Source of the DNA: Narcine bancroftii
Lineage: Eukaryota
Length of the DNA stretch: 64,000 nucleotides
Reading direction: 5' to 3'
Assembly (NCBI RefSeq): GCF_036971445.1
Contig: NC_091475.1
Span: forward strand, 4,340,001 to 4,404,000
Positions 37,771-51,145 of the stretch are shown here, in pieces. The notes under the pieces are model-generated. The model was not told the origin of the DNA. It saw only the letters and a program-made list of their open reading frames with translations, and made no database searches. The position numbers and the translations under genes are program-made. How positions within the stretch are numbered: the first letter of the stretch is position 1; each line of letters opens with the position of its first letter.

Positions 37771-39084
37771 CTGAAAGTATTATAAATACATTTCTGCACC
37801 AGTGAAGGCATGCAAATTACAGCCACATCCACAATGCAAACTGGTAGCAAGCCATTTCCGAGCTACTCTGGAGACAAGAGAATTTACTGAAGCAACTAAG
37901 CAGGTCGAGCATCTTCTGTTTGTGGAGGGGGGGGGGGGGGGGGTGGGGCAGGGGGTGGTGGGGAAGGAATTGCAATGTTTTGGGTCAAAACACTCCAAGG
38001 GTTTCGACCTGAAATGTTCTTTCATAAAGCAAAAAAATCTGAAAATGAAGGCAGAAATTCTCCGCCCTCATGTCGCAAAATTTACCTTCATAAATGGTCC
38101 GTGAGCTGCTGCAAGATGATATCAAGATGATGCCGTCAGCCCTTGACCCATCTCACTTCTCTTTCTCCCACTCACTCAGCTCTCTCTCTCCATGATCCCC
38201 CACATGGAAGGGGCAGCTGGCGGGGGCCATCAGGGCAAGAGCGCCCAGGCCGGTGGGAGTCGTCAAGGGCGGCCGGGCCGGGTTGTGACAGCTCCTCCGG
38301 CCTCTCCAACACCTCACCAGGCTGCTTCAGCCTTCGGGGCCACTCATCAGCGCCACCGGCTCAATACGCGGCAAAGCAATGGCCATCTACCCTATTCATA
38401 ATTCCCCGCACAGCAGGAACCATTCTGGGAAACGCAGAGTGGTTCCAGCTCTGTGGGGCATTATGGGTAGGGAAGATGGCCATTGCTCTGCTGTGTATTT
38501 ATGACAGACGGCGCGACGGCAACAGTCGCCCCCATCTACAGAGGATCTGGACGGTGCACCGAGGCACTGCTCCGCGTAAAAGCAGCGCTGGAGCATCCTT
38601 TTAGGGCTACTCTAAAAACAGGTAAGTTTAAAAGTTTTATCTGCGTTTAAAGCCAGCCTCAAAGCGGAGGCCTGGCATAAAAACATCTTTGTCAATTCCT
38701 TTTCCCATCCGCACAGATCCTGCTTGACTCACTGAGTTTCTCCAATAGTCTGTTGCTCAAGTTCTCTGGTTTCTTTAAAACCCATTGTTTAAGTTCCATG
38801 ATTGAATAGAGTTACAATCTATTGAATCCAACTTGTAACTAGCAGTTAAAGTACTTGGGAATTTGGGGTTAGGAATTTAAAAGTAAATATTTTCATTTTA
38901 ATTTTTTAAATGATATAGCACAATAAAATGCCTTTCCATAAGAACCTAAGAAATAGGAGGAGGAGTCGGCCATCCGGCCCATCGAGCCTGCTCCAGCATT
39001 CAATAAGATCATGGCTGATCTGATCTTTGACTCAACTCCACCTACCTGCCTTTTCCCCATATCCCTTCATTCCTTTTTTATTCT

Positions 39085-39270
39085 GACCCATGAAACCAAT
39101 GCCGGCCGATTACACCCAACTGATCTAACAACCCTATATGTTTTGGAGTGTGGAAAGAAACTAGAGTTCTCGGAGAAAACCTAGGCAGGTCACGGGGAGA
39201 CATACAAACTCCTAAAGCACAGTAGTAGTTTTGAACCCAAGACATTGACGCCTTAATAGTGTTGCTAAAC
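39085..39270 (-). mobile_element. tRNA-derived SINE copy (degenerate)
   Basis: Homologous to 56845-57090; further partial copies at ~15010-15150 and ~52875-53016. Confidence 0.65.
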
Positions 39271-39894
39271 TATAAATTATTTTGGCATTTAATTAGCAAC
39301 ATTGTCTTTAACATACTCGGTGGCCAACATTAATTACATTTAATTGTGCTTTTCTGACCTGAACTTATGCAGTTTGGTCTGAGATCTGCAGTGCTCCTTC
39401 CTGTAAAAGGTCAACTAGAAATAACTAGCCCCACGAATCATAGTGACCGTCTTCAACTGCTGCTGGCCAAGTCGGCACTGACCAAAGCATGATAGACAAA
39501 CTGCTCCTCTATACACATGGATTTTGCTTTTTTTCTCCCAGTTTCAGGACGTGAACAGAAATAACTGAATATTGATGTATGTTAACGACTGCTTGATACA
39601 TAGGTATGGTACATGCTGCTTAACCAATTAAGGGTAGGCTCCCTGAAATAACGTTAAGGTGAAGGCTGACTCCGTATATGCATTTCTGCACTTGATGGGG
39701 ATGTAGGGGAGATTCACAAGAATGTAACTTGATGGGAGGGTTTTTTTTTGGAAGCAAATAGAACCAATCGCTTGATATTATGAATACCAAGATATTTGTG
39801 CTCAGACTCTATATATGGCACTTGTAATGGAGTTGAACATACCAAACATCTTCGCAAAGGCATTATCAAGCCAAGGAAGCAATACAAGACAGTT

Positions 39895-40620
39895 TGTGAA
39901 CACACAGGAGACTGCAGACACTGGAATTTGAAGCCAAACACAATCTACTGGAGGAACTCAGCACGTCAACCAGTATCAGTGGGAGAAAAAAAACAGCCGA
40001 CACTTTGGGCTGGAGCCCTTAATCAAGGCAGGGAATGAAGAGAAGCCAGTGTAAAGAGGTCAGGGTGGAAGGAGCAGGACAGGGACCTGTGAGAGACTGG
40101 TGAACCAGTGAGAGGTGTAGCAAGGCGGACGATGCAGAAGATTGGCAGATACCAAAGAAGAGAGGCAAGATAAATAAAGGAGTCAGTCAGAGGAAGAGGA
40201 ATCGGACAGGGTGGAGTGATCGATCAGAAGCAATTGCTGTTAGTACTGGAGGGGTCGATGTGGGAGTAAGAAAGGCAAGATGGAGCCAAAGGGCTGGGGA
40301 GGAAGATAGATGAGAAGAATCCAGTAGGGAAATGAGGATGGAAGGGGATGAAAACGGGTGGGAATTGGAAGAAAAGGGTCAAAAAAGAGAAAAAGAAAAA
40401 GGTGGGAGGGGAAGGGAAAGAGAATAAAAGAGAAAGGGGACAACTCTAAATTAAAAAGGCTACGTTCATGCCACTGGCGCACAGAATACAAGGTGTTCCT
40501 CTCATCTTCACGCTGGCAGAGAAGATGTGGGAATGAGAAGGGGAGCTGAAATGGCATGCAACTGGGAGCTCGGGATGACCCTTGCGGACAGATCATAAAT
40601 GCTCTGTGAAATGATCCCCA
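39895..40620 (-). mobile_element. Penelope-like element remnant
   Basis: Terminal block gactgcagacactggaa...ctggaggaactcagca followed by a purine-rich tract and degenerate coding remnant; family call is from recall. Confidence 0.5.
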
Positions 40621-41049
40621 AGGCAATTGAATAACTGATGGACAAAGATTTAGGTGATGTTAAAAGGAGTTTGGCACACTTGAAGAAGGTGAGGGCAGGA
40701 AAATGTAAGGATGCTAGGGCGCTTCTGTTGTAGAAAATAAACTGACATAAGTTTGTTAGCATTTACAGACAAAGGAAAGTGGCCAGACATTACGTGATCG
40801 AAACTACAAGATACTGTGAGAGACTTATCAAGAAATAACTGCGGAATGTTCCAAGCCGAGGCCAACTGCACGTAGAACCTGATGTCAACTTGAAAAGACT
40901 ATTTAAAGTGAACAAAACTGTTATTGATTGAGTGGGGAAAGCAGAAAGAAACGACTAGCGACACCTATTCCTCCTTTATGCTCCCCACTGCCACTATTGA
41001 TATGCAATAAGGCTGTTGGTGCTGGCCCATTTGCTCTGCTGTTGTTTTA

Positions 41050-44000
41050 ACCAGCGGAGATACAGCGCGGGCCGACTTTAAACACACTTGCCCTCATTGA
41101 TCAGGGTACTGAGTAGAAGAGTTCGGAAAAGATGTCAGTGTGAGGAGTAATTAAGGGGATAGCAACAAATAAAAAGAGGGGTAGCTCAAGCAGAGGGTGT
41201 GTGCATGTGCTAAGGTGCTGGAGCTTGGATGAACTCAGGATCATTTGGGATGCAGTGATAGAGAGGAGATTCGGGGGACAGTCACCCCAAAAAGTCAGGA
41301 GACATGCACCACCTATTAACCGCTCACTTACCTGTGTAAAAGCAACAAATGGGGGGTGGGGGGGGTCATTTTCATCCCGTGTATTACCTCCCAAGGTAGG
41401 TAGCATCAGAGCTGATGCGTTTCGCATTGGCTCCTGCCTAAAAGGCTCATTGACCTGGATTTTCTTGGTTCAGTGTGAACAATCCAAGCTGGCTTTCAAG
41501 ATGGGTCGTTCACACGCCAAATAAGTGAGATCGCTGTGTAAAAAGGGTAACTGGTAATTGGGTGACTGTTAGGAGAGGGAAGGGGAAGAGGCAGACAGGG
41601 CAGAGCACCCCTGTGGTCATTCCCCTCAACTATTGTGGGAGGTTATCTACCAGGAACAAGTCGTGGTGGTCATGTCTCTGGCGCAGAGGCTGGCACTTCA
41701 ATTCCGAAAGGAAGGGGGATGAAGAGGAGAGTGATTGAAGAGGAGAGTGATGGTAATTGGGTTGGGAACTCATTGGTTGGTAGAGCAGATAGGAGGTTTG
41801 GTGAACGAGATCAAGGTTCCCGGAGAGCAAGTTCTCTCCCAGGTGTCAGAGTTAGGGATGTCTCTGATCGAGTTCACAGCATTCTGGAAGGGGAGGGGGA
41901 GCAGACAGATGTTGTGGTCCATGTGGGGAGCCAATGACATAGATAGGAGTGGGGATGAGGTCCTGAAGACTGAATATAAGGTTAGGGAAGTTAAAATGCA
42001 GGACCTCAAGGATGGTAATTTCAGGATTGCTGCCTTTGGCCCGAGCCAGAGAGGGTAGGAACACGAAGTTGTGGCTGAAGAATTGGTGCAGGGGAAAGGG
42101 TTCAGATTTGAGGATCATTGGAATCTATTCTAGGGAAGGTCTGACCTGTACAAAAAGGAAGGGCTGCACCTGAACTGGAAAGGGACCAATATCATGGTGG
42201 GCAAGTTTGCTAGAGCTGTTGGGGAGGGTTTAAACTAGTTTGGCAGGGAGATGGGAATCAGAATGTAAGGGCAGAGATTAGGGTAGAAGGACAAAAATAT
42301 GATGCTATGTGTTCTGAGTTGGTGAGGAAGGACAGGCAGGGAACAAAACATAAATGGAGCCAGTTAGAAGGGTTGAAATGTGTCTATTTCAATGCTAGGA
42401 GTATTAGGAATAAAGCGAATGAACTTAGAGCATGGATCAGTATGTGGAACTACGATGTTTTACCGTAACTGTAGGAAGGGCAAGATTGGCTGATGAAGGT
42501 AACGGTATTTAGGTGTTTTAAAAGGAGTAGGATGGGAGGGAGAAAAGAGGTTGGTGGGGTTGGGGGTGAAGTAGCATTACTGGTCAGGGACAGTATCATG
42601 ACAAGAGAAAGGGAGGAGGTGCAGAGGGAATGTCGATGGGTGGAAGTCAGAAATAGAAAGGGAGTGATCACTGTGCTAGGAGTAGTCTATAGCCCCCAAA
42701 ATAGCCCCCGGGACATCGAGGAGCAGAAAATCAGGGAGATTTTTGGAATGGTGCTGATAATACAGGGTTGTAGTTATAGGCGATTGCAACTTCCCTAATA
42801 TTGACTGGCACCTCCTGACCGCAAGAGGGATGGATATATGGGGTTGAATTTGTCAGATGTGTTCAAGAAGGATTCCTGACACAGTATGTGGACCGGCCAA
42901 TGAGAGGAGAGGCCAGACTGGATCTAGTTCAGGTGGTGGACCTCTCAGTGGGGAAGCATTTTGATGAGAGTGACCACAAATTCCTTACCTTCAGCAGGAT
43001 TTATCCTTCAAAAGGATAAATACAAACAAAATGAGAAAGTGCTTATCTGGGGAAGGGCTAATTATGAAGGGATGAGGCAGGAGCTGGTGAGAGTAAATTG
43101 GAAACAGATGTTCAAGGGTGAAAGCACAGAAGTAATGTGGAGAAAGTTTAGGGACCACTTGTGCTGGGTTCAGGATGGGTTTGTTCCTTTGGGACAAGGG
43201 AAAGATGGTATGAAGAGGGAAGTGTGGCTGACGAAACAGGTCAGGCAACTAGTCAAGTGGAAGGAGGAAGCATATGTTAGATATAGGAAGCAGGAAACAG
43301 GAAAGGCTCATGAGAAATACAAGGTAGCCAGGAAGGAGCTTAAGAAAGGACTTAGGAGAGCTCGAAGGGGCTAGGAGAAGGCCTTGGCATGTAAGATTAA
43401 GGAGAATCCCAAGGCGTTCAATGCATATGTGACGAGAATGAAAGTGGGGCCGCGAAAAGATAAAGGAGGTAACATGCCTGGAGGTGGAGAAGGTCCTAAA
43501 TGAAAACTTTGCATCAGCATTCAAAAGAGAAAAGGACCTTGATCAGGGTGAGGTGGAATTTGAGCTGGACAATGGGGAGATTAAGGAAGAGGAAGTGTTG
43601 GATCTTCTTAAAGACATCAAGAAGAATAAGTCCCTGGGGCCAGGTGTGGTGTACTCTGCTGTGGGAAGTGAGAGAAAAGATAGCTGGGGCAGTAGCTACA
43701 ATCTCTGAATCCTCTTTGGCTGCAGTGGAGGTACCTGAGGATTGGAGAATGGCAAATGTGTCCCGTTGTTCAAAAAAGGTAATTGGGAGAATTCTGGGAA
43801 TTATAAACCAGTGAGTCTTATATCATTGGTGTTTAAACTATTGAAGAGGATTCGTAAGGATAGGATAGGATCTATGAGTATTTGGAGAAGTGCAGGCTAC
43901 TCAAAGATAGCCTGGCTTTGTGAAGGGACATCCAGTTAAAGAGAAGGATGTCACTAAGCTGCAAAGGGTGCAAAACTGGCCAGCCTGAGTTATAACAAGA

Positions 44001-44610
44001 GGCTGGATAGCCTGGGATTTTTCTTCCTGGTGCATTGACCTTACAGAGGTATAGAAAATTATGGATAGGATAAACCAGTGGTTCTCAACCTTTTTCTTTC
44101 CACTCACACACCACTTGAAGTAATCCCTATGCCATTGGTGCTCTGTGATTATTAAGGGATTGCTTCAGGTGGGATGTGGATGGAAAGAATTGTACCTCAT
44201 TGACTTGTTATGTGCATGGTTTCCTAACTCCAAAGGAAATGGGCCAATGACAATTTTTCCTCAAGCAAAATATTTCAGTAACAATTGAGTCTAGAGCAAT
44301 GATTCTCAACCTTCCCTTCCCACTCACATCCCACCTTAACCAATCCCTTACTAATCACAGAGCACCGATGGCATAGGGATTACTTAAAGTGGGATGTGAG
44401 TGGAAAGAAAAAGGTTGTGAACCACTGGGATAAATAGTCTTTTTTTAATATGTCAGGTTAGGAGAGTCTGAAATTAGAGGGTGTAGATTAAAGGTGTGAA
44501 GGAGAACTGTGAAAGGGACCCAAGCAGCATCATTTTCACACTGAGAATGGAAGATGTGTGAAACAAGCTGGGAGTCATAGATGCAAGTTCAACTGCAATG
44601 TTTAAAAAAA
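41050..44610 (+). mobile_element. CR1 LINE, near full-length and degenerate (ORF1 esterase + ORF2), with MITE in its 3' end
   Basis: SLPGVRVRDVSDRVHSILEGEGEQTDVVVHVG (SGNH-type ORF1); LKCVYFNARSIRNKANELRAWI (endonuclease start); PEDWRMANV, NYKPVSL; many frameshifts and an RT deletion. Confidence 0.88.
44076..44427. mobile_element. hAT (Charlie-like) composite MITE, copy 2
   Basis: TIR CAGTGGTTCTCAACC / GGTTGTGAACCACTG; ~110 bp inverted arms; 8-bp TSD GGATAAAC (44068-44075) / GGATAAAT (44428-44435). Confidence 0.9.
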
Positions 44611-46829
44611 CATTTACCTTGTCTTTCATATGCAAATTCCAAGCTCTAAAAAGTTAACTCTTTGGGGAATTTAAAAGTAAATATTAGTAACTAAATTATT
44701 TACTATATTGAATTATTTGCCTGGGCAAATCGTGTGCAACAATATTTGGTACAAGGCATCCAATCTAGATTCAATAGCGAGTTCTAAAGGGCTATTCAGT
44801 CACAATGGAATCTGACTAAACCTTTATTCCGCATTTACCTACACTCAAGGCTGCTGACAAATGAACAGTAATGAAGAAAAGCAGAGCTCGCTGTATTTTT
44901 CTGTTCTCCATTTTCTAGTTGCTGAAGTCACATGTACCTCCTCTGTTGAAAAATCTGGTTGAAACTAAAATTTGCTTTGCCTGACAATGTTACCACTTCT
45001 GAATCGTGAATACGTCCCAGGACAGAGGTTAGCACAGTGCATCAAAATTCCTTATGAATCAACAATCAACAATCCTTATGAACTATTTCTCACACGGAAT
45101 CCATTATAGAAATGTTTGCAATGCTGCCATCTACAGTCCATAAACATTAATTATTTTGAATTACCTATGGCCCAGATATAAATAAAAACTTGCAAGTTCT
45201 TGTTAATTAAATTCCAGTTTATATAGCTTTCTATAAAAGCAACAAGAGAACCAAATAATTATGAAATTTTTGTCAGATTGAATATAAAAAGAAAGGTAGC
45301 AGCTTCTCAATTGGTCTAGGTATAAGAGTTGGGTTGGAAAGCAGTGTCAGACGGGCATTCTATGCTCAGTTGAGGGGAGTTAAAAGAAAGAACTAGAGAC
45401 TGGAAAGGGTGAATTCAAGAATTAGAAGTTCTTTTGTGAAGGATACAGTGTAAAATATACAGCAAAATTTGCTATATGTGGCTAGGTTAAGTAGGATGTA
45501 ATTTCAAAATTGGTAAACACTAATTTACCTCGGATTCACTGATGAAAATGTCCTTCCAGAATTAATCATTTAATTGAAACAGAAGCCATCAGGCGACCCA
45601 AATGAACAGAAAACCTGGAGGCACATTTCTATCTGTCTTTTTCCCCCTGTATAATTTTAATGGAGCTAAACAAACACTGGATTTAAAACAGTATCATTTA
45701 TATTATTGATTTATGCATATTTACTTTATATGTATTGAAATGAAATTGTGATGTACATGATAAATGTTTTGCTTCACATTTCCAATTTTTAGCAATTCTG
45801 ACATTTCTCATCCACTAAAATCAAACAAGTACAAAAATTGTAAATTTGTTAAGAAATAAAAAAGTATTTCCACAAACTTAATGATGTCTGACATTTGGAT
45901 ATTTCAGATTGACTGTTGTGGTTTAAAGATGACAGTTTACACATAGTACGCTGAGCAGTTTCAATTGATTTACACTTGTATATAGAAAATGGCTCTGATT
46001 TTAAGACATTTACTTAAAATCAGAGGCGAAACCATAATCAAGTCATTGAATTGATTAATGCCTGTTTATTTTAGATATTAATCAGGTATTATTTTGAGGT
46101 GAAACAGTGCCTCTCACTTTTGGTTACAATGCATGACAGTGTACTTGCTTTCTCAGTGTTAATCATCTAACAATGCCACCTCAGCTCTAACACCCATTTT
46201 CACTCAAATCAATATGAACTGGAGCTCAAAGTTACAACCTACAATTATCTGGAACAGCCTCTGTATAACTAAGAGCATGATGTACTCAGTTTTTTTTTCA
46301 GTGATATTTAAGAGAATACTCTGTTGACAATGGGAGAACTCACTGTGCAGCTTCTCAAGCACGGTCGAAAGATCAGTGTTAATTATACTGAACTGTTCAG
46401 ATACTCATTCAATAGATACAGTGACAACATTGGCATCACTCCATCACTGGAAGTATCTTTATAGCCATAAACAGCTGGAAACCATGGGCAACTGGTCAAA
46501 ATGCTGCCCACCTGGGAAGAGCCTACTCTCACGGTCTTCAGAACCACCAAATGTTTGTAGTTTAAATTTTCTAAAACTGTGTGAGATGTTGTGAAGGAAG
46601 ACCTTTGCCACATTATTTTGTGCCTGAACTCCTCTCTCATGGAGATCATGTTGAGCCTCAACTTTTGAGCTACAGGATCTCCAACATATCTGTTTTTACT
46701 GGCAGTCTATACTTGTGCCGATTAGGGTTCCATTTCCATTAGCAGAAAAGGGATTATATTCCTTTGCCGTTGAGCCAGGATTAAAGGTGGATTGATTAAA
46801 AGAAACAAATGTGTGGGGAAGTTTACCAT

Positions 46830-49245
46830 AAGATCACTAGAAGAAGTAGAATTAGCCCATTCAACCCATCAAGTCTACCATTCAAATCATGGTTGATCCT
46901 TTCAACACCATTCTCTTGCCTTTTCCCCCACAATCTTTGACAACTAATCAGGACCATCAAACTCTGCCTTAAATATACACAATGACTTGGCCTCCACAGC
47001 CATCTGTGGCAATGAATTCCACAGACTTACCACCCTCTGGCTGTAAAAACATCTTCATCTCTATTCTAAAGGGACGTCATTTTATTCTGAGGTTGTGCCC
47101 TCTAGTCCTGGACTCTCCCACTACAGGAAACATTCTCTCCTCCTCCACTCTATTCATCCCTTTCAATATTCAATGAGATTTCCTCCACGCCCCCCCCCCC
47201 CCCACCCCCCAATCCTTCTAAACTCTAGCAAGTACAGGCTCAATACTTACAAACACTCTTCATATTTTAACCCTCATCCCTGCAATCATTCTTGTAAACC
47301 TCCTCTGCACCCTCTCCAGCAGCAGCACATCCTTGCTTAGAGATGGGACCCAAAGCTGCTTGCAATACAGGCAGTCCCCGGGTTGAAAGACGTCCGATTT
47401 ATAAACAACCCTTAGTTACGAGCCGGAAAGCTAACCAGAATTAGAATGCCGTCAACTTCCAGTTTGAGTGTGGTTGAGTTTAATTTAAATCATAATTTAA
47501 ATTCAGAAGTGGTGCCTTCCCACCCCCTGCTCGGTCAGGATCCCCTTCCACTTGTTCCGATGTGGTGTGTGTCGTCGTCCCCCACCCCCCCACCCCACCC
47601 GCCCGCTCCAATACTACCATTGGATTGGATAACTTCTGAATCAGATGGAAAAGATTGGCTCCAATGTTTTCCTTGTTGTAAATCACCCAAATAAAACTCT
47701 TAGCTGCTAATTTTGGTAGTTTGCACCTTTATGAAAGATGAAAAACTTGTCCTCCAAACTAGCATTTGCTGATGGGTCTTGAATTTTAAATGTTTTCCTC
47801 TTGGTTTTCTTCTGCTACCAGTGTACCTTTCCGAGAATTCTGGCTGCCATCTAGTCACTTCCAAGGGTTCCCTTCTCCTGTTTGATCCTTAGATTTTTTT
47901 AAAAATATAGTGAATACCAAACAGAATATGATCCATATCTACTCTCTTCCCCCCTGCCAAAGTCACCCTTTACACAGTAGCTTCCAGCATTTAATGACAT
48001 ATTAAGTGGGTGCGGAATTGCCAATAAAACTGATGTGATTTATTATTTTTATTTTATGACATTGATCTGGTTGTCAAAGACTGGCTATAGAACGCTAATC
48101 TGTTTTACTTAGAAATCAATCTTAGATTTGCTTATGTCCAGTACTGCATTATTATGTACTGTATTATGATGTTTAAGATGTTTTAGTGTTAGAAAGTGTT
48201 TTCAATGCATAGAAAGGTAATAAAATATATACTAAATATGCTATATAGTAAGATAAACATTTGCCTAACTGACCTTAAATAAGGACCGTATGCACTTGTT
48301 CCGACATAAATAGAAATTCGAGTTAAAGACAGACCTAGGTAACGGAACTTGTATTCAACCTGGCAACTGCCTGTACTCCAAATGTGACCTGACCAATGTC
48401 TTGTGAAGCCTCAGCATTACATCTTTGCCTTTATATCCTAGTCCTCTTGAAATGAATGCTAACACTTCATTTGCCTTCCTGACTACTGGCTCAACCGGCG
48501 TTAACCTTTAGGGAATCCTGCACTAGAACACCCAAGTTCCTATGGACACCTGATTTTGGAATTCTCATTTAGAAAATAATCTATTTCTATATTCCTTCCA
48601 CCAAAGTGCATGGCCATACATTTCCCTACACTGAATTCCATCGCCCCCTTCTTTGCCCATTCTGTCAACCTATCCAAGTCTCTTTGCAAGCTACCTGCCA
48701 CTCCACCCCATCTTGGTATCATCTGCAAACTTGCCAACGTATCTATCAATTCCATCATTTAAATACTATGTGAAAGTCGTGGATCCCCATCACTATCCCC
48801 TGTAGAACACCATTAGTCACCAGTAACCAGGCAGGAAAGGCCCTATTCCCACTTTTTGGCAGTCTTCTGCCAGTCAACCATTCTTTCCTGTGGCACCATG
48901 GGCCCCTATCTTGTTTTGCAGCTTCGTGTGGCACCTTTTCAAAGGCCTTCTGAAAATCCAAGTAAACAACATCCACCGACTTTCCTTTGGCTATTCTGTT
49001 CATTACTTCCTCAAAAACCTCCAACAGATTCGTCAGGCAAGATCTTCCCTGAAGGAAACCATGACGACTTTGGACTATTTTATCTTGTGCTTTCGAGTAA
49101 TCAGAAACTTCATCCTCAATAATGGACTGGAATCTTGCTAGTATCTACGAATTTCTGTTTTTTTTTGCCTCTCTCCCTTCTTAAAGAGTAGAGACATTTT
49201 CAACTTTGCAGTCCTTTGGAGCCATTCTCAGATCTAGTGATACCC
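46830..49245 (-). mobile_element. CR1 LINE 3' part, split by a Tigger-like element
   Basis: VDVVYLDFQKAFEKVPHE, LQRDLDRLTEWAKK; the sequence caata|ctccaaatgtg rejoins across the insertion. Confidence 0.85.
47368..48373. mobile_element. Non-autonomous Tc1/mariner (Tigger/pogo-like) DNA transposon
   Basis: TIRs CAGGCAGTCCCCGGGTT / AACCTGGCAACTGCCTG; TA duplication at 47366-47367 and 48374-48375; no transposase ORF. Confidence 0.88.
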
Positions 49246-49626
49246 TTTTTTGATGTTTTGCTCGGCATCCACAGTTTCATCTCTCAGATAAGCAGAGAAA
49301 GCAGGTATTATCTACATAAGATGTTAGAGACATCCTAAACAAGGACTGCTTCATGTAAGCAGCCTGCAAAATTATAGTGCCCAATTCAAACCAAGCGATC
49401 TCTGTATTTCAATCATTGCCACCATATAACAGCAGGGTAGTTCAGTTAACGCTCACAGAAGGACCCTTCTCACTGTCCTAGTTAATGTGCTAAACTTAAA
49501 ACTAAAAATTAAACTTAGATTCAAAATCCTTTAAAGAATAATGGCCATCAAACATACTCATACTTCAATGTCTTGGGCAAAAAAGCCTACACTGGGAAAA
49601 CTAAACATTAGCATGTCTTCACTCAC

Positions 49627-50389
49627 CTCTATCAACGTTAGCCCGTAAAGATGTCAACATGCCTTCTGACACTAATGTCTTATAAAGGGCACCTTTACAT
49701 GCTCGTTCAGATTTTCTGGACCCGGAAGCTTCGGCTTTTTTGTTGATTTCCTTGTTTTCGTCTTTCACTTCGCTTAGTGCAGTAAGGGAAAGTAGTTGAT
49801 CCGTTTCAGGAAACATTTCTGTTTTGATGGGGCAGGTGGTAATCTTCTCAGGATCAGAAACCTTTGAGTGTTTGTTGAGTTCTGATACCTTCTCAGTGGG
49901 CAATTTTATTTGTTTTGGTTTAATTTTTTTCTTTGGTGAACTAGAGACAGAATGTAACTGGTTTTCAGTCGACTTTGCTGAGCATCGTCCACTTTTCACT
50001 GGACTTCCTGAAGGCTTTTCAGTACCCCAGTCACCTTTAGCCACAGCATCAATAGTGTACATTAAGCTGTCTATGTCAGACTCCGATGATTTTCGTTTCT
50101 TTCCGCTTTTTTTAAATGTCTGTTTATCAACTTTGGTAGATTCTAGTTTAACCTTTTTCTTTTTCTTCTTCTTAACTTTTTCACCTTTGTTAAGACTTGT
50201 CACAGTATTGTCAGTTACCAGAGACAATGGCTTTTCATCAGCTCCCCACTCCCTTGGTCGACCGTCATCATTATTCCTTGTACCAACTGCAGAATTAACA
50301 GTAGGGTCCTCAGGCTTGCATCCATCTTCCAAGATAACTGTAGAAGACTCACTCTTTACTCCTTCTGTTACCAACCGGTCCGAACACAT
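49627..50389 (-). CDS. BBX: BBX large internal coding exon
   Basis: MCSDRL...KKKKKKK...SSESDIDSLMYTIDAVAKGDWG...SRKSERACKGALYKTLVSEGMLTSLRANVDR; acceptor cttcag, donor G|gtgagt; 763 nt, phase 0 to 1. Confidence 0.96.
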
Positions 50390-50579
50390 CTGAAGCAAAT
50401 AACACACAGTGGGATTAAGGAGGATTTTCAAAAGAACATATTTTTCATTTCCATTTTAAGCTGTGTATATTCCTAATCACTTCATCAAATGATTTCCCAT
50501 TTCATCTGCATTGACTGTGGTATTTACTTGACTTTGGTGGATGAATTGAATACATTTCAAAGCAATCCAACATGTTACT

Positions 50580-51035
50580 AACTACAACAAGTCTTATGAG
50601 GCCAGGTTAGCAGAGCTGGGACTTTTTCTTTGGAGTGAAGAAGGATGAGAGGAGACTTAATAGAGGTCTTCAAGATTACGAGTGGCAAAGATAGGGTGGA
50701 CGGCCAGCACCTGTTTCCCAGGGCAGGAACAGCAAACACCAGAGGACATATGTAAAAAGTGAAGGGAGGGGAGTTTAGGGGAGACATCAGGGGGAAAGTT
50801 TTTAAAAAAACCAGAGAATTGTGGGTGCCTGGAATGCCTTGCCAGGGATGGCAGTGTAGGCTGAAACATTGGGGGCATTTAAGAGACTCTTAGACAGGTA
50901 CATGGATGAAAAAAAATAGAGGGTTACGGGGTAGGGAGGGTTTAGTACTTTTTTTTAAAAAAAGGAATATATGGGACAGAACAACATCGAGGGCCAAAGG
51001 GCCTGTACTGTGCTGTCGAGTTCTATGTTCTATTT
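50580..51035 (+). mobile_element. CR1 3'-end fragment
   Basis: GLFSLE.RRMRGDLIEVFKI...; tail TTCTATGTTCTAT. Confidence 0.85.
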
Positions 51036-51064
51036 AAGTATCATTCCAATCTCAGGTGGCATAC

Positions 51065-51145
51065 CTCTGCTAACTGAAAGAGTGCTGAATTTCCACACTG
51101 TTTTGTTGAGTCAGGAACCCCTGGCTGCGGTGCATTGGAGGAAAT
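51065..51145 (-). CDS. BBX: BBX coding exon (SALFQLAE micro-exon)
   Basis: ISSNAPQPGVPDSTKQCGNSALFQLAE; acceptor catgcag, donor GAG|gtatgc; 81 nt, phase 0 to 0. Confidence 0.93.

Noticed and set aside
49824-50393. 189-aa plus-strand ORF
   Set aside because: Antisense shadow of the BBX large exon.
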